From sequence record MN648445: a stretch of DNA of 64,000 nt. The stretch is one strand, 5' to 3'. The notes beneath the pieces were generated by a model. That model was not told the DNA's origin. It made no database searches and was given only the letters and a program-made list of their open reading frames with translations. The translations under genes and the position numbers were made by a program. The DNA is from Escherichia phage FP43. How positions within the stretch are numbered: position 1 is the stretch's first letter; every line of letters begins with the position of its first letter. Shown here one piece after another: positions 55,154 to 64,000 of the stretch.

Positions 55154-57367
55154 ATGATTATTGAAACGGCTAAAGAAACGATTATTGGTTCAGGCGGTAA
55201 GAGCACAGCATTTACTATTCAAGGCAATAGCAAAGTTTATAAGATTTTGTCTAATGACCTTTATACAAACAAAGAATTGGCTTGTGTACGTGAATTAATC
55301 ACAAACTGTATCGATGGACAAATTCTTAATGGTTGCACTGATAAGTTTATTGTTCAGGCTCCAGGTCGTTTAGACCCACGTTTTGTAGTTCGAGACTTTG
55401 GTCCTGGTATGAGTGATTTCACCATTCGAGGTAATGACGAAGAGCCAGGAATCTATAACTCATATTTTGCTTCAACTAAAACATCGAGTAACGATTTCAT
55501 TGGTGGATTCGGACTCGGCTCTAAAGCTCCACTAGCATATACCGACACATTTAACCTTACGTCTTATCACAACGGCGAAGTTCGTGGTTATGTAATTTAT
55601 CAAGATGACACAGGTCCACAGATTAAGCCGACCTTTGTAGATAAGATGGGTCCTGATGACCGTACGGGTGTAGAAGTAGTTGTACCGGTTAACCCGGAAG
55701 ATTTTGAAAAGTTTGCATCCGAAATTGCATATGTTATGCGTCCTCTAGGTGACATTGCAGAAGTTCGTGGTGTTAAAGATATCAAATACTTTCCTGAATT
55801 TGATGATGTATATTTGGCCAAGGAAGCTCCATGGGGTGAACGCGGTAATATCATGGCTGTTTATGGCGGTATTGTATATCCAATCGGAAGTGTTATTAAA
55901 GAACAAACGTGGATGATGACGCGATGCACTACAGCTTATATTAAATTCCCTATGGGTGAACTAGATGTAGCTCCGTCTCGTGAAGCATTGTCATTTGATA
56001 AACGTACAGTAGCAAATATCCATAAACGCGTTGCAGAAATCGATGCTAAATTGTTCGCTGAAGATTCTAAGAAATGGATTGATTGTAAATACCCACGTCA
56101 TGTGTTCCGTGAAATTGATTCTCTTGGCTATACCGCTCGTAAATACATGGAAAAGGCCGGGTCTAATATTGAATCACTGAAATACTCTAAAGAACAACTA
56201 ACTTATTCTGAGTTGTACAAACGTTTTAAAATGGGGCCTGAGTGGTGTAATCTTGGTGTCGTATACGATATCGTTGAATCCCCTCGTCTTCGTCGTATTC
56301 GTGAAAGCGGCAGCTCAACGGCAACCATTTCAATTAACAGTCTGATTGGCATTAACATTAAAAATGTTGAAATTGTTATTGACGACGTTAAGGGACGCGT
56401 TCCATTAATGCGAGCTCTTAATTCAATTGAAATGTCTAAAGACGAGGTTAAATTAACCGGTAAAGTTCCACGCGGTTTTGGTAAAAGCGTACTATTCGTT
56501 GACCCTACAGACGAAGATGCAATGAAACTTCTGGAACGCCTTAAAGTTATCTTTGATGGCGACAACATTAACATGTACAAGACTTCAGAGCTTTTACAAA
56601 TCGTTAAGCCATGGATTGAAGTCAGGAAACGGACTAATGAGCCTCGTCCTAAATCGCCAAGTGCTCATCGATTCTTTAAGAATGAAAACGATGTTTGGGT
56701 ATCAGAAGACCTCTTTATTCCGGCAAGTGAAGCAGATGAAATCCAAGGTTATGCTATAGTTCGTAATCGTTCTAATGCTGAATGTCTTGACGCAGATAAA
56801 GGTTGGTTGAACTATGACTCCAATTTCTTAACCCGTATTGCTGATTTGTCAGGTATTAAAGAGTTCACTGTAGTTCGTCCACAGATTGCTAAGAAAGTTC
56901 GTAAACTTGGTGAAGTAGAATGCTTGTTCGAAAAATCAATTAATGACTATATTACGCTAATCGATAAAGTGGATTATGATGAGTATGTATCACCAAGTCG
57001 TAGAGCACAGCCTTATTTGAATCATATTACTCGTAATGAAGAGCTTAACTTCCTTAGTAAGTATTTTAGCTCTAAGAACAAAGAAATCAGTAAAGACTTT
57101 GCAAAACTCTCAACAGTAAATAATCGTTGGGGATGGAATCGATTCGCAGGTGCTACTAATACAGACCTGAATAAGAAGTTAGAACTGTGTGCTAAAATTT
57201 TCGATAAGCTTAAAGATAATGCTTACGATAATGATGATAAAATGGTTATTGAATTCGAAACCAATTATCATATTGTGTCAGACTACATGGGACGACGTGG
57301 TACTCTTTCTAAAGAACAAGTCGCTCAAATCGTTAAATTCATGAAGGCTGTGGAAGCAGCCAAATAA
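55154..57367 (+). CDS. rIIA: rIIA membrane-associated protein (GHKL-ATPase-like N-terminus)
   Basis: 737 aa; VRELITNCIDG, RLDPRFVVRDFGPGMSDF, NDFIGGFGLGSKAP match remembered T4 rIIA. Confidence 0.9.
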   Translation: MIIETAKETIIGSGGKSTAFTIQGNSKVYKILSNDLYTNKELACVRELITNCIDGQILNGCTDKFIVQAPGRLDPRFVVRDFGPGMSDFTIRGNDEEPGIYNSYFASTKTSSNDFIGGFGLGSKAPLAYTDTFNLTSYHNGEVRGYVIYQDDTGPQIKPTFVDKMGPDDRTGVEVVVPVNPEDFEKFASEIAYVMRPLGDIAEVRGVKDIKYFPEFDDVYLAKEAPWGERGNIMAVYGGIVYPIGSVIKEQTWMMTRCTTAYIKFPMGELDVAPSREALSFDKRTVANIHKRVAEIDAKLFAEDSKKWIDCKYPRHVFREIDSLGYTARKYMEKAGSNIESLKYSKEQLTYSELYKRFKMGPEWCNLGVVYDIVESPRLRRIRESGSSTATISINSLIGINIKNVEIVIDDVKGRVPLMRALNSIEMSKDEVKLTGKVPRGFGKSVLFVDPTDEDAMKLLERLKVIFDGDNINMYKTSELLQIVKPWIEVRKRTNEPRPKSPSAHRFFKNENDVWVSEDLFIPASEADEIQGYAIVRNRSNAECLDADKGWLNYDSNFLTRIADLSGIKEFTVVRPQIAKKVRKLGEVECLFEKSINDYITLIDKVDYDEYVSPSRRAQPYLNHITRNEELNFLSKYFSSKNKEISKDFAKLSTVNNRWGWNRFAGATNTDLNKKLELCAKIFDKLKDNAYDNDDKMVIEFETNYHIVSDYMGRRGTLSKEQVAQIVKFMKAVEAAK

Positions 57368-57376
57368 GGAAACATT

Positions 57377-58312
57377 ATGTACAATATTAAATGCTTGTCT
57401 CAAGAAGAACAGTTAGAAGCTTACGGTCTGGTTAAATCAGGCCAATGGACCCGTCGGGAAATTGCTGATTACTTCAATATTTCCACTGACACTCTTCGTA
57501 AGATTGTTAAGAATTTTAAAGCTGAAGAGAAAGCCGCTGAATTTGAAGACGAAGAACAAGTCCAAGAAAATAATGAACCTATTATTACAGGTCATCGTCC
57601 AGAAATCGTATGGAACGCATCATCTAAATTTATTTCAATCATTGAAGGACGCGTAGCATACAATGCGACCCCATCAAGTCATGCAAATTTTGAAGAAATT
57701 AAAGCTAATTTGGTCGCAGGAAACCTTAGTAAAGCTGTCGAACTTATTAACATCAAGAAAGCTATTACTAAGTTTGTTGACGGTAATGTTACTATTGAAG
57801 GTGGTAGTTTATTTTATCAAGGTATAGAAATTCGTTCAGGACTGGTTAATCGTATTATTGATTCTATGGAAAAAGGCGAAGACTTTAAATTCTATCTGCC
57901 GTTCCTTGAAAACCTGTTAGAAAACCCAAGCGAAAAAGCTGTACAACGTTTATTCGACTTCTTGGTTGCAAACGATATTGAAATCACTGAAGATGGGCAT
58001 TTTTATGCATGGAAAGTAGTTCGTAAAGACTATTTAGACTGCTATAGTGGTACATTTGATAACTCCCCAGGTAAAGTTGTTTCAATGCCTCGTACTCGAG
58101 TTAACGACGATGATACTCAAACCTGTTCTCGCGGTCTCCATGTTTGTGCTAAATCTTATATTCGCCACTTTGGTTCAAGCTCAGATAAAGTTGTTAAGGT
58201 TAAAGTTCATCCACGTGATGTTGTATCCATCCCAGTTGACTATGGTGATGCTAAGATGCGTACTTGTCGTTATGAAGTAATTTCAGACGTTACTGAATTA
58301 TTTGCAGAATAA
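57377..58312 (+). CDS. rIIB: rIIB protein
   Basis: 311 aa; MYNIKCL...GGSLFYQ.IE.RSGLV.RI.DSMEKGE.F.FY.PFLENLLENPS matches remembered T4 rIIB. Confidence 0.9.
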   Translation: MYNIKCLSQEEQLEAYGLVKSGQWTRREIADYFNISTDTLRKIVKNFKAEEKAAEFEDEEQVQENNEPIITGHRPEIVWNASSKFISIIEGRVAYNATPSSHANFEEIKANLVAGNLSKAVELINIKKAITKFVDGNVTIEGGSLFYQGIEIRSGLVNRIIDSMEKGEDFKFYLPFLENLLENPSEKAVQRLFDFLVANDIEITEDGHFYAWKVVRKDYLDCYSGTFDNSPGKVVSMPRTRVNDDDTQTCSRGLHVCAKSYIRHFGSSSDKVVKVKVHPRDVVSIPVDYGDAKMRTCRYEVISDVTELFAE

Positions 58313-58317
58313 TAATT

Positions 58318-58340
58318 GGGGACTTCGGTCCCCTTTTCTT
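58318..58340 (+). terminator. intrinsic terminator (TTCG tetraloop) after rIIB
   Basis: GGGGAC TTCG GTCCCC then TTTTCTTT. Confidence 0.7.
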
Positions 58341-58351
58341 TAGGGGTAATT

Positions 58352-58639
58352 ATGATTCATCCATTTGACGTATCAGAAACCAAAATTGCTAATCTTCGTG
58401 GTCATCATAAGTGTAAATCAGTTTATTGTGCTAAATTGGTAAAACATCCTGGTGATGCACACTACGGCTGGTTAGAATGCGACGAAGTTGTTATTGAAAT
58501 CCCGCCGGTAGATGCAGAATATCTTGAAGAAGGAGACCGCATTTATTTTGGTGAACTACACATCAGAGGTATTTATGGTAAAGACGAACTTGGGACTGTT
58601 GAGACTGAAGAATCTTCCGACATTTATCCTGTCGAATGA
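58352..58639 (+). CDS. hypothetical protein
   Basis: ATG 58352 just after TTCG terminator. Confidence 0.4.
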   Translation: MIHPFDVSETKIANLRGHHKCKSVYCAKLVKHPGDAHYGWLECDEVVIEIPPVDAEYLEEGDRIYFGELHIRGIYGKDELGTVETEESSDIYPVE

Positions 58640-58655
58640 GTTTTTGACTAGTGAA

Positions 58656-59132
58656 ATGAAAGTGAAGATTGCTGACACTGCTCGATATTCGTTGAGCCAA
58701 AATCCAGACCAAAATAAAGAAGATGTAGTTCGACGTTGTAAGGTTGCAGTCTTTGCAGAGTATGTAGTAGCAAATTGGCTAGACGGATATGTTAATAAAG
58801 GTATTGAAGATGTAGAAGACCCGTATACGTATGCATGGGACGTGTTAGCTCATCCCAAATATTGTGGAATTCGTGTAGAAGTCAAGACACATCAGATGGA
58901 TTCTAAATGGATTTCTGTTACCACAGGATACAGTGGTGATTATCCAGGCGGCAACGGAATCAACATAGGGCCCTTCCTTAATCATCGAGTCGCTGACTGT
59001 ATTATTATATTGAATGTCAAAGAAACCTCACCTGACGTCTTCTCTTATTCTATAAAGTTCGTGGGAGACCATGAAGACCTAAAGAAAATCGTCCGCAAGA
59101 GCAACTACAACGGCTGGTATCTTCATCTTTAA
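58656..59132 (+). CDS. hypothetical protein
   Basis: ATG 58656 within ORF 58512..59132. Confidence 0.45.
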   Translation: MKVKIADTARYSLSQNPDQNKEDVVRRCKVAVFAEYVVANWLDGYVNKGIEDVEDPYTYAWDVLAHPKYCGIRVEVKTHQMDSKWISVTTGYSGDYPGGNGINIGPFLNHRVADCIIILNVKETSPDVFSYSIKFVGDHEDLKKIVRKSNYNGWYLHL

Positions 59133-59144
59133 TTTCATAAAAGT

Positions 59145-59174
59145 GTTTACAACTAAGTAGGACTATGATATAGT
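59145..59174 (+). promoter_or_regulatory. T4-early-type promoter
   Basis: -35 GTTTAC, -10 TATAGT; inverted repeat TAGGACTA/TAGTCCTA. Confidence 0.4.
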
Positions 59175-59200
59175 AGTCCTATCTAAAAGAGGATAACATC

Positions 59201-59464
59201 ATGAAATTTAAATTTTTCTACGCAAAACATAAAGTGACTGGTGAGTTTGTTTCAATGTACAACACCGCAGATGACGAAGGGATGATTTATACTCATTTAG
59301 GTCTATCTCATTGGGACTCGGACGTGCCTTATATGTCATCTGAAGCCGAAATAACTCGTCTGGTTAACGGGCATATGAACGACCATTTTAATGTTATTCT
59401 TTCTAAAGACCTTAAAGAGGTTATCAACAAAGGATATATGGAACTTGCGGAAGTTGAGATATGA
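59201..59464 (+). CDS. hypothetical protein
   Basis: 87-aa ORF with promoter and AGAGGA RBS. Confidence 0.45.
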   Translation: MKFKFFYAKHKVTGEFVSMYNTADDEGMIYTHLGLSHWDSDVPYMSSEAEITRLVNGHMNDHFNVILSKDLKEVINKGYMELAEVEI

Positions 59465-59656
59465 GCTCTAAAATGTGGATAGGAATATGGTTGCTTAGTA
59501 TCCCAATGATTTGTATAATATTTTCAATTGTATTGAGGTACTTATGAAAAATGCACTTCTTATTGTACTAAGAACAATTTGTGATACGGGTTTTTACATT
59601 GCATGTTCGTTCACTGGAACATGGTTGGCTTTAACATATTTTAATGTAATTTAATT

Positions 59657-59686
59657 GTTTACAACAAGGTAGGATTATGGTATAGT
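59657..59686 (+). promoter_or_regulatory. T4-early-type promoter
   Basis: -35 GTTTAC, 18 bp, -10 TATAGT; IR GTAGGA/TCCTAC. Confidence 0.4.
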
Positions 59687-59714
59687 AGTCCTACTGAAAC
59701 ATGAGGAACACAAA

Positions 59715-59915
59715 ATGGCTAAGCTTTTTAAAGATGTTGAAATTGGTGAAAAATTTGTTCTGAATAATGGTCAGCAGCTTATTCGTGTAGCTTCTATCGC
59801 CGGACAAACTCATAACTGTATCGCCCCAACGTGTTGGACTCGATTCTTTATTGAAGATGACACTGAATGTTTAACTGTTGAAGAGCTTTTTGAACGTTCT
59901 GATATAGCCGAATAA
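59715..59915 (+). CDS. small hypothetical protein
   Basis: 66-aa ORF with promoter and GAGGAA RBS. Confidence 0.4.
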   Translation: MAKLFKDVEIGEKFVLNNGQQLIRVASIAGQTHNCIAPTCWTRFFIEDDTECLTVEELFERSDIAE

Positions 59916-59919
59916 AATT

Positions 59920-59948
59920 GTACAAACTCTTGAGAGCAGAGTATAATG
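59920..59948 (+). promoter_or_regulatory. T4-early-type promoter upstream of ndd
   Basis: -35 TGTACA, 17 bp, -10 TATAAT; IR TGAGAGC/GCTCTCA brackets -10. Confidence 0.5.
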
Positions 59949-59992
59949 CTCTCATGGATTACAAAAAACATTAATCAATTGAGGAAATTAGC

Positions 59993-60439
59993 ATGTCCAA
60001 ATATTTAACTCGTAAAGACCTTCTGGCAGTTGGCGGTGAAGTTGTTGCAGTGGTTCGTAACGGCGAATACGGTTCTGAAGTTTCTAAAGAGTTTCGTTCT
60101 CGTGAAGGTTTTTACTTCTTTGTTAAAGGTTCATCTGATTGGCGACAAGTAGCAGCACGATTCTTTGTAGGACGTCAACGTTCTAAACAAGGGTTGGATG
60201 CAATTCTTTCTCACATTCGTCAAGGCCGTTCGCAACTAGCCCGTACCATGGGTACTAATAATATTGAATATGACGTAATCTTTGTTTCAGCCAAGAACAT
60301 GAAACCACTGACCACTGGTTATGGTAAAGGTCAATTGGCTCTGGCATTCACTCGCAACCATACATCAGAATATCAAACACTCACTGAAATGAACCGTCTT
60401 CTGGCCGATAATTTCAAATTCATTCTGCAGAGTTACTAA
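59993..60439 (+). CDS. ndd: nucleoid disruption protein Ndd
   Basis: FYVGNQRSKQG..SHIRQ.RSQLART...[37 protein letters not shown] matches remembered T4 Ndd. Confidence 0.85.
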   Translation: MSKYLTRKDLLAVGGEVVAVVRNGEYGSEVSKEFRSREGFYFFVKGSSDWRQVAARFFVGRQRSKQGLDAILSHIRQGRSQLARTMGTNNIEYDVIFVSAKNMKPLTTGYGKGQLALAFTRNHTSEYQTLTEMNRLLADNFKFILQSY

Positions 60440-60445
60440 TTTATA

Positions 60446-60480
60446 CAGGCCTATTAAGTTAGGCCTTTAATTTATTTTTG
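60446..60480 (+). terminator. intrinsic terminator-like hairpin after ndd
   Basis: AGGCCT-N8-AGGCCT then T-rich tract. Confidence 0.45.
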
Positions 60481-60491
60481 AGGTAATTAAA

Positions 60492-60638
60492 ATGATATCA
60501 TGGATTATTGCATTGTTGTGTTGGTCGTTTTTATTCGTTAACACTTTAGTTACAGGCGAAACAACAGTATTTCAACAGGCCGTATCACAAGGCACCTTAG
60601 CGGTCTTAGCTCTTTTTAACGTGTTAAAAGGCGAGTAA
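60492..60638 (+). CDS. small hydrophobic membrane peptide (48 aa), Ac-like position
   Basis: ATG after AGGTAA; hydrophobic; TAATG-coupled to next ORF. Confidence 0.35.
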   Translation: MISWIIALLCWSFLFVNTLVTGETTVFQQAVSQGTLAVLALFNVLKGE

Positions 60639-60778
60639 TGATTAAGAAAATCTTAGCAGGAGCCTTCGGGCTCTTGTTGTTGCTTACGGTTCTGTACTAT
60701 GGTGTGATGTTTGGACTAATCCAAGTAGTGCTTTTCATTTCAGATGTTATAATGGATATTCGTTCATTAATATGGTGA
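60638..60778 (+). CDS. small hydrophobic membrane peptide (46 aa)
   Basis: TAATG-coupled; stop 4 nt before gene 52 ATG. Confidence 0.35.
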   Translation: MIKKILAGAFGLLLLLTVLYYGVMFGLIQVVLFISDVIMDIRSLIW

Positions 60779-60782
60779 AAAT

Positions 60783-62108
60783 ATGCAATTGAATTCTCGT
60801 AATCTAAAAAGTATTATTGATAACGAAGCCTTAGCATATGCGATGTACACCGTTGAAAACCGTGCAATCCCAAACATGATTGATGGATTTAAGCCGGTTC
60901 AACGTTTTGTGGTTCATCGTGCATTAGATTTGGCTCGTGGTAATAAAGAAAAATTTCATAAACTTGCGTCAATTGCAGGCGGTGTTGCAGATTTAGGTTA
61001 TCACCATGGTGAATCTTCTGCACAAGATGCAGGTGCATTGATGGCTAACACATGGAACAACAACTATCCACTGTTAGATGGCCAAGGCAACTTTGGTTCT
61101 AGAACAGTCCAAAAAGCTGCAGCATCTCGTTATATTTTTGCTCGTGTAAGTAAAAATTTCTATAACGTATATAAAGATACTGAATATGCTCCAGCTCATG
61201 AAGATAAAGAACACATTCCACCAAAATTCTATCTTCCTATTATTCCGACAGTTCTTTTGAATGGCGTCTCTGGTATTGCAACCGGTTACGCAACAAATAT
61301 TCTGCCTCATAGTTTTAAATCGGTCAAAAAGGCTGTATTACAAGCTCTTCAAGGTAAAAATGTCACTAAGCCAAAAGTTGAATTCCCGGAATTCCGTGGT
61401 GAAGTGCATGAAGTTGATGGGCGTTATGAGATTCACGGAACATACAAGTTCACATCTCGTACTCAAATGCAGATAACTGAAATCCCATATAAATTCGACC
61501 GTGAAACGTATGTGAGTAAGGTTCTTGACCCGTTGGAAGACAAAGGTCTAATCTCATGGGAAGATGATTGTGGTGAACACGGCTTTGGGTTTAAGGTGAA
61601 GTTCCGTAAAGAGTACTCGCTTCCTGATGATGAAGAGCTACGTCATGAAAAAATCATGAAAGATTTTAGTCTCATCGAACGTCGTTCACAAAACATCACA
61701 GTGATTAATGAAAAGGGTAAATTAGCGGTCTACGATAATGTAGTAGACTTAATCAAAGATTTTGTTGAAGTCCGTAAGACTTACGTTCAGAAACGTATTG
61801 ACAACAAAATCATTGAATCTGAAAAAGCATTTAAACTGGCTTTTGCTAAGGCACACTTCATCAAAAAAGTTATCAGTGGCGAAATTGTGATTCAAGGCAA
61901 GACCCGTAAAGCTTTGACTGAAGAGCTAGCACAAATCGAAATGTACAAAGAACATGTCGATAAACTGGTGGGTCTTAACATCTTCCATATCACTTCCGAT
62001 GAAGCACGTAAACTAGCAGAAGAAGCTAAAGCTAAGAAAGAAGAAAATGAGTATTGGAAGTCTACTGATGTTGTGACAGAGTACACTAAAGACTTGGAGG
62101 CACTTTGA
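60783..62108 (+). CDS. 52: DNA topoisomerase II medium subunit gp52 (GyrA-like)
   Basis: MQLNSRNLKSIIDNEALAYAMYTVENRAIPNMIDGFKPVQR matches remembered T4 gp52. Confidence 0.95.
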   Translation: MQLNSRNLKSIIDNEALAYAMYTVENRAIPNMIDGFKPVQRFVVHRALDLARGNKEKFHKLASIAGGVADLGYHHGESSAQDAGALMANTWNNNYPLLDGQGNFGSRTVQKAAASRYIFARVSKNFYNVYKDTEYAPAHEDKEHIPPKFYLPIIPTVLLNGVSGIATGYATNILPHSFKSVKKAVLQALQGKNVTKPKVEFPEFRGEVHEVDGRYEIHGTYKFTSRTQMQITEIPYKFDRETYVSKVLDPLEDKGLISWEDDCGEHGFGFKVKFRKEYSLPDDEELRHEKIMKDFSLIERRSQNITVINEKGKLAVYDNVVDLIKDFVEVRKTYVQKRIDNKIIESEKAFKLAFAKAHFIKKVISGEIVIQGKTRKALTEELAQIEMYKEHVDKLVGLNIFHITSDEARKLAEEAKAKKEENEYWKSTDVVTEYTKDLEAL

Positions 62109-62184
62109 GTGCCCTAGCCTTAGGATTTCTAGGTGCAATAGCTGCACTAGTGATTTGGCTGTATTGGTTAGACAAACATGATTA

Positions 62185-62215
62185 GGGAGCTTCGGCTCCC
62201 TTTTGTGTTTTTTTC
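62185..62215 (+). terminator. intrinsic terminator (TTCG tetraloop) after gene 52
   Basis: GGGAGC TTCG GCTCCC then TTTTGTGTTTTTTT. Confidence 0.7.
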
Positions 62216-62224
62216 TCACAAAAC

Positions 62225-62253
62225 AGTTTACATGTGCTTCAAACGTGATATTA
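62225..62253 (+). promoter_or_regulatory. T4-early-type promoter
   Basis: -35 GTTTAC, 17 bp, -10 TATTAT; followed by TATAGACCTATCAA. Confidence 0.55.
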
Positions 62254-62293
62254 TAGACCTATCAAAACAAAACAACCAAATTGGAGAAATAAA

Positions 62294-62509
62294 ATGTCTA
62301 AAATGAAATTAACCCAAAACACAACTACTCGTTTCGGTAAAGTTAAACCTGGTATGAATGCTCCTCGTAAAGCACTTGTTGAAGAATTAAATTTCTTAGA
62401 AGTTGAAATCAATTCTTTAGTGGTTCGCGGTTCAAATGGACGTCATTTAGAAAAGCTTCGTTCTAAAAAGGCAAAACTTATTGGCCTTATTAAAGAAATG
62501 AGTTTGTAA
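62294..62509 (+). CDS. small basic protein
   Basis: 71-aa ORF with early promoter. Confidence 0.45.
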   Translation: MSKMKLTQNTTTRFGKVKPGMNAPRKALVEELNFLEVEINSLVVRGSNGRHLEKLRSKKAKLIGLIKEMSL

Positions 62510-62546
62510 ATTTTACCAGGGCTTTTTAAAAAGAGCCCAAAATAAA

Positions 62547-62575
62547 GTTTACTTTTGCTTCAAACATGATATTAT
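62547..62575 (+). promoter_or_regulatory. T4-early-type promoter upstream of motA
   Basis: -35 GTTTAC, 17 bp, -10 TATTAT; near-duplicate of 62225 cassette. Confidence 0.55.
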
Positions 62576-62612
62576 AGACCTATCAAAACAAATACTAATT
62601 TGGAGAAATAAA

Positions 62613-63245
62613 ATGTCTAAAGTTACTTACATCATCAAAGCTTCTGAAAACGCTCTGAATGAAAAAACTGCTGCAATAATGGTTTATATCATTAAGAACA
62701 ACTTCACCACTGCTGCCAATGTCCGTGAAGCCCTGGAAGCAGAATACAGTGCATCAGTTGTTAACTCTAACATTGGTGTATTGATTAAGAAAGGTTTAGT
62801 CGAAAAATCCGGTGATGGACTTGTAGCAACAGGCGAAGCAATGGATATTATCCAAAAAGCTGCAGACCTCTTTGCCCAAGAAAATGCTCCAGAACTTCTT
62901 CAGAAACGTAACACCAGAAAAGCACGTGGAGTTACTCCTGAAATGCATGAATTAGCAAACTTTGTTTTTGAAAATATTAAAGATAAAGTTGAAGTTAAAG
63001 AAATTGGTGAAAACCGTAGTAACTTAGAAGTTCGATTCGCTAAACGAGTTCTAGGCATTCGCCAAATTGAAATTCGACGAGATGGCGCTCTTAGAATCTT
63101 TGCATACAACATGTCAGAAACTGAATCAAAGCTGTTTACTTCTCTTGAAAATGATGTTAAGATTAAGATCGGTGGTAAATATACTTACATTGACTTCCCT
63201 AATGTGTCTAAAGAAATCATTACCCTTGTAACTAACGTACTGTGA
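62613..63245 (+). CDS. motA: middle-transcription activator MotA
   Basis: MSKVTYIIKASENALNEKTA...NSNIGVLIKKGLVEKSGDGL matches remembered T4 MotA. Confidence 0.9.
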   Translation: MSKVTYIIKASENALNEKTAAIMVYIIKNNFTTAANVREALEAEYSASVVNSNIGVLIKKGLVEKSGDGLVATGEAMDIIQKAADLFAQENAPELLQKRNTRKARGVTPEMHELANFVFENIKDKVEVKEIGENRSNLEVRFAKRVLGIRQIEIRRDGALRIFAYNMSETESKLFTSLENDVKIKIGGKYTYIDFPNVSKEIITLVTNVL

Positions 63246-63255
63246 GGAATACATA

Positions 63256-63585
63256 ATGAATAAGCTGAATATTATTAACGAACTTCGTAAATGTGCAGAA
63301 CCTACTCAGGAAGGATGGGATATTTGGTACCACGGGGCTTATTTAGGGACAATTGTAAAGATTAAAGCAGGCCAATATACGGTTATTCGTGAAAATAATG
63401 ACGCGCCATTTGGCCTTCGTAAAAACTACATGGCAGCGATCAGTTCATTTGTTGATGCAGCTTACGAAATCTATAAAGAAGATTATAAAGAATATCAGCA
63501 GTCACAACCAGTTATTCGTTCGATTGGTGTAAATAAACAAGCACAAAAATCTATTTGGCAACGTATTAAGGAATGGTTTAAATGA
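63256..63585 (+). CDS. hypothetical protein
   Basis: 109-aa ORF. Confidence 0.45.
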   Translation: MNKLNIINELRKCAEPTQEGWDIWYHGAYLGTIVKIKAGQYTVIRENNDAPFGLRKNYMAAISSFVDAAYEIYKEDYKEYQQSQPVIRSIGVNKQAQKSIWQRIKEWFK

Positions 63586-64000
63586 AAACTTTTAAAGAAC
63601 GTTTAGCTCTGTTAGATAAAGCTTTGTCGCGTGAGACTCCGGAAAGTCTGGCTGCTAAATTAGCTTCTTACGGTGGTGAATATACAGAACAAAATGTTTT
63701 AGACGAAGTTCCTGAAATCTGTTGGCAGACTCTGTATTGGGATGAAAACCAAAAGTATCAACGACGAATTGTCTGCGCAGCCAACCGTTTTAAATTAAAA
63801 GATGGACGAACTCTTATTATTCCAGGTGCTCGTCATTATTCTAAAGATATGGCAGAAGTTTTAGATGTAGTTAAACCTCAATTAGTTACTCAACAAGTTT
63901 GTGATGATGACCAAGGGTTTATTGACCAATATAGTAATTATTGGACACGTGAAGAAGCAATGATTATTGCAACTTACGCTGGACAAGTACGTATTGAACG
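63582..64000 (+). CDS. hypothetical protein, 5' part only (runs off window end)
   Basis: ATG 63582 (ATGA overlap); open to the window end. Confidence 0.45.
   Translation, partial: MKTFKERLALLDKALSRETPESLAAKLASYGGEYTEQNVLDEVPEICWQTLYWDENQKYQRRIVCAANRFKLKDGRTLIIPGARHYSKDMAEVLDVVKPQLVTQQVCDDDQGFIDQYSNYWTREEAMIIATYAGQVRIE

Noticed and set aside
60653-60668. GGAGCC-TTCG-GGCTCT hairpin resembling the TTCG terminators
   Set aside because: It lies inside the coding sequence of the 60638..60778 micro-ORF and is not followed by a T-tract; probably coincidental or only a weak pause.
62109-62192. 27-codon hydrophobic ORF with TTG start right after gene 52
   Set aside because: Non-ATG start, very short, and it runs into the terminator hairpin; insufficient support.
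1-64000. Scan for CRISPR arrays, tRNA/rRNA genes, integrase/transposase or IS elements
   Set aside because: No direct-repeat/spacer arrays, no cloverleaf-like candidates noticed by eye, and no recombinase-like ORFs; the window is densely protein-coding with T4 synteny. A tRNA scan by software was not possible here.

Overview
This window is a contiguous ~64 kb slice of the early/replication region of a T4-like (Tevenvirinae) myovirus, with almost every gene on the + strand (reverse of the usual T4 map orientation). Gene order is T4-syntenic: nrdC, 49, nrdD, nrdG, 55, 47, 46, 45, 44, 62, regA, 43, 42, uvsX, 40, 41, dmd, sp, 61, 56, soc, modB/modA, srd, dda, dexA, 39, rIIA, rIIB, ndd, 52, motA. 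Protein sequences (e.g. the 903-aa DNA polymerase, 605-aa fused topoisomerase subunit) look closest to RB69-type phages from memory; this was not verified by search. No rRNA, tRNA, CRISPR array, intron or transposon was recognised. The most interesting content is a putative DNA-hypermodification system that differs from T4: there is no alpha-gt between 55 and 47 and no beta-gt after 42; instead a sugar-nucleotide biosynthesis module (SIS isomerase, nucleotidyltransferase-kinase fusion, HAD phosphatase, Cys-rich TIM-barrel-like protein) sits between 43 and 42, and a GT-B-like glycosyltransferase sits between 39 and rIIA. Also notable are about 28 T4-early-type promoters (many with inverted repeats bracketing the -10 element and a conserved TATAGACCTATCAA core), 11 CTTCGG/TTCG-tetraloop terminators, two exact TATAAATA late-promoter motifs, one convincing minus-strand membrane-protein gene, and several tandem paralog families. 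All identifications rest on reading the six-frame translations, remembered T4 protein sequences and synteny; no database search was run.
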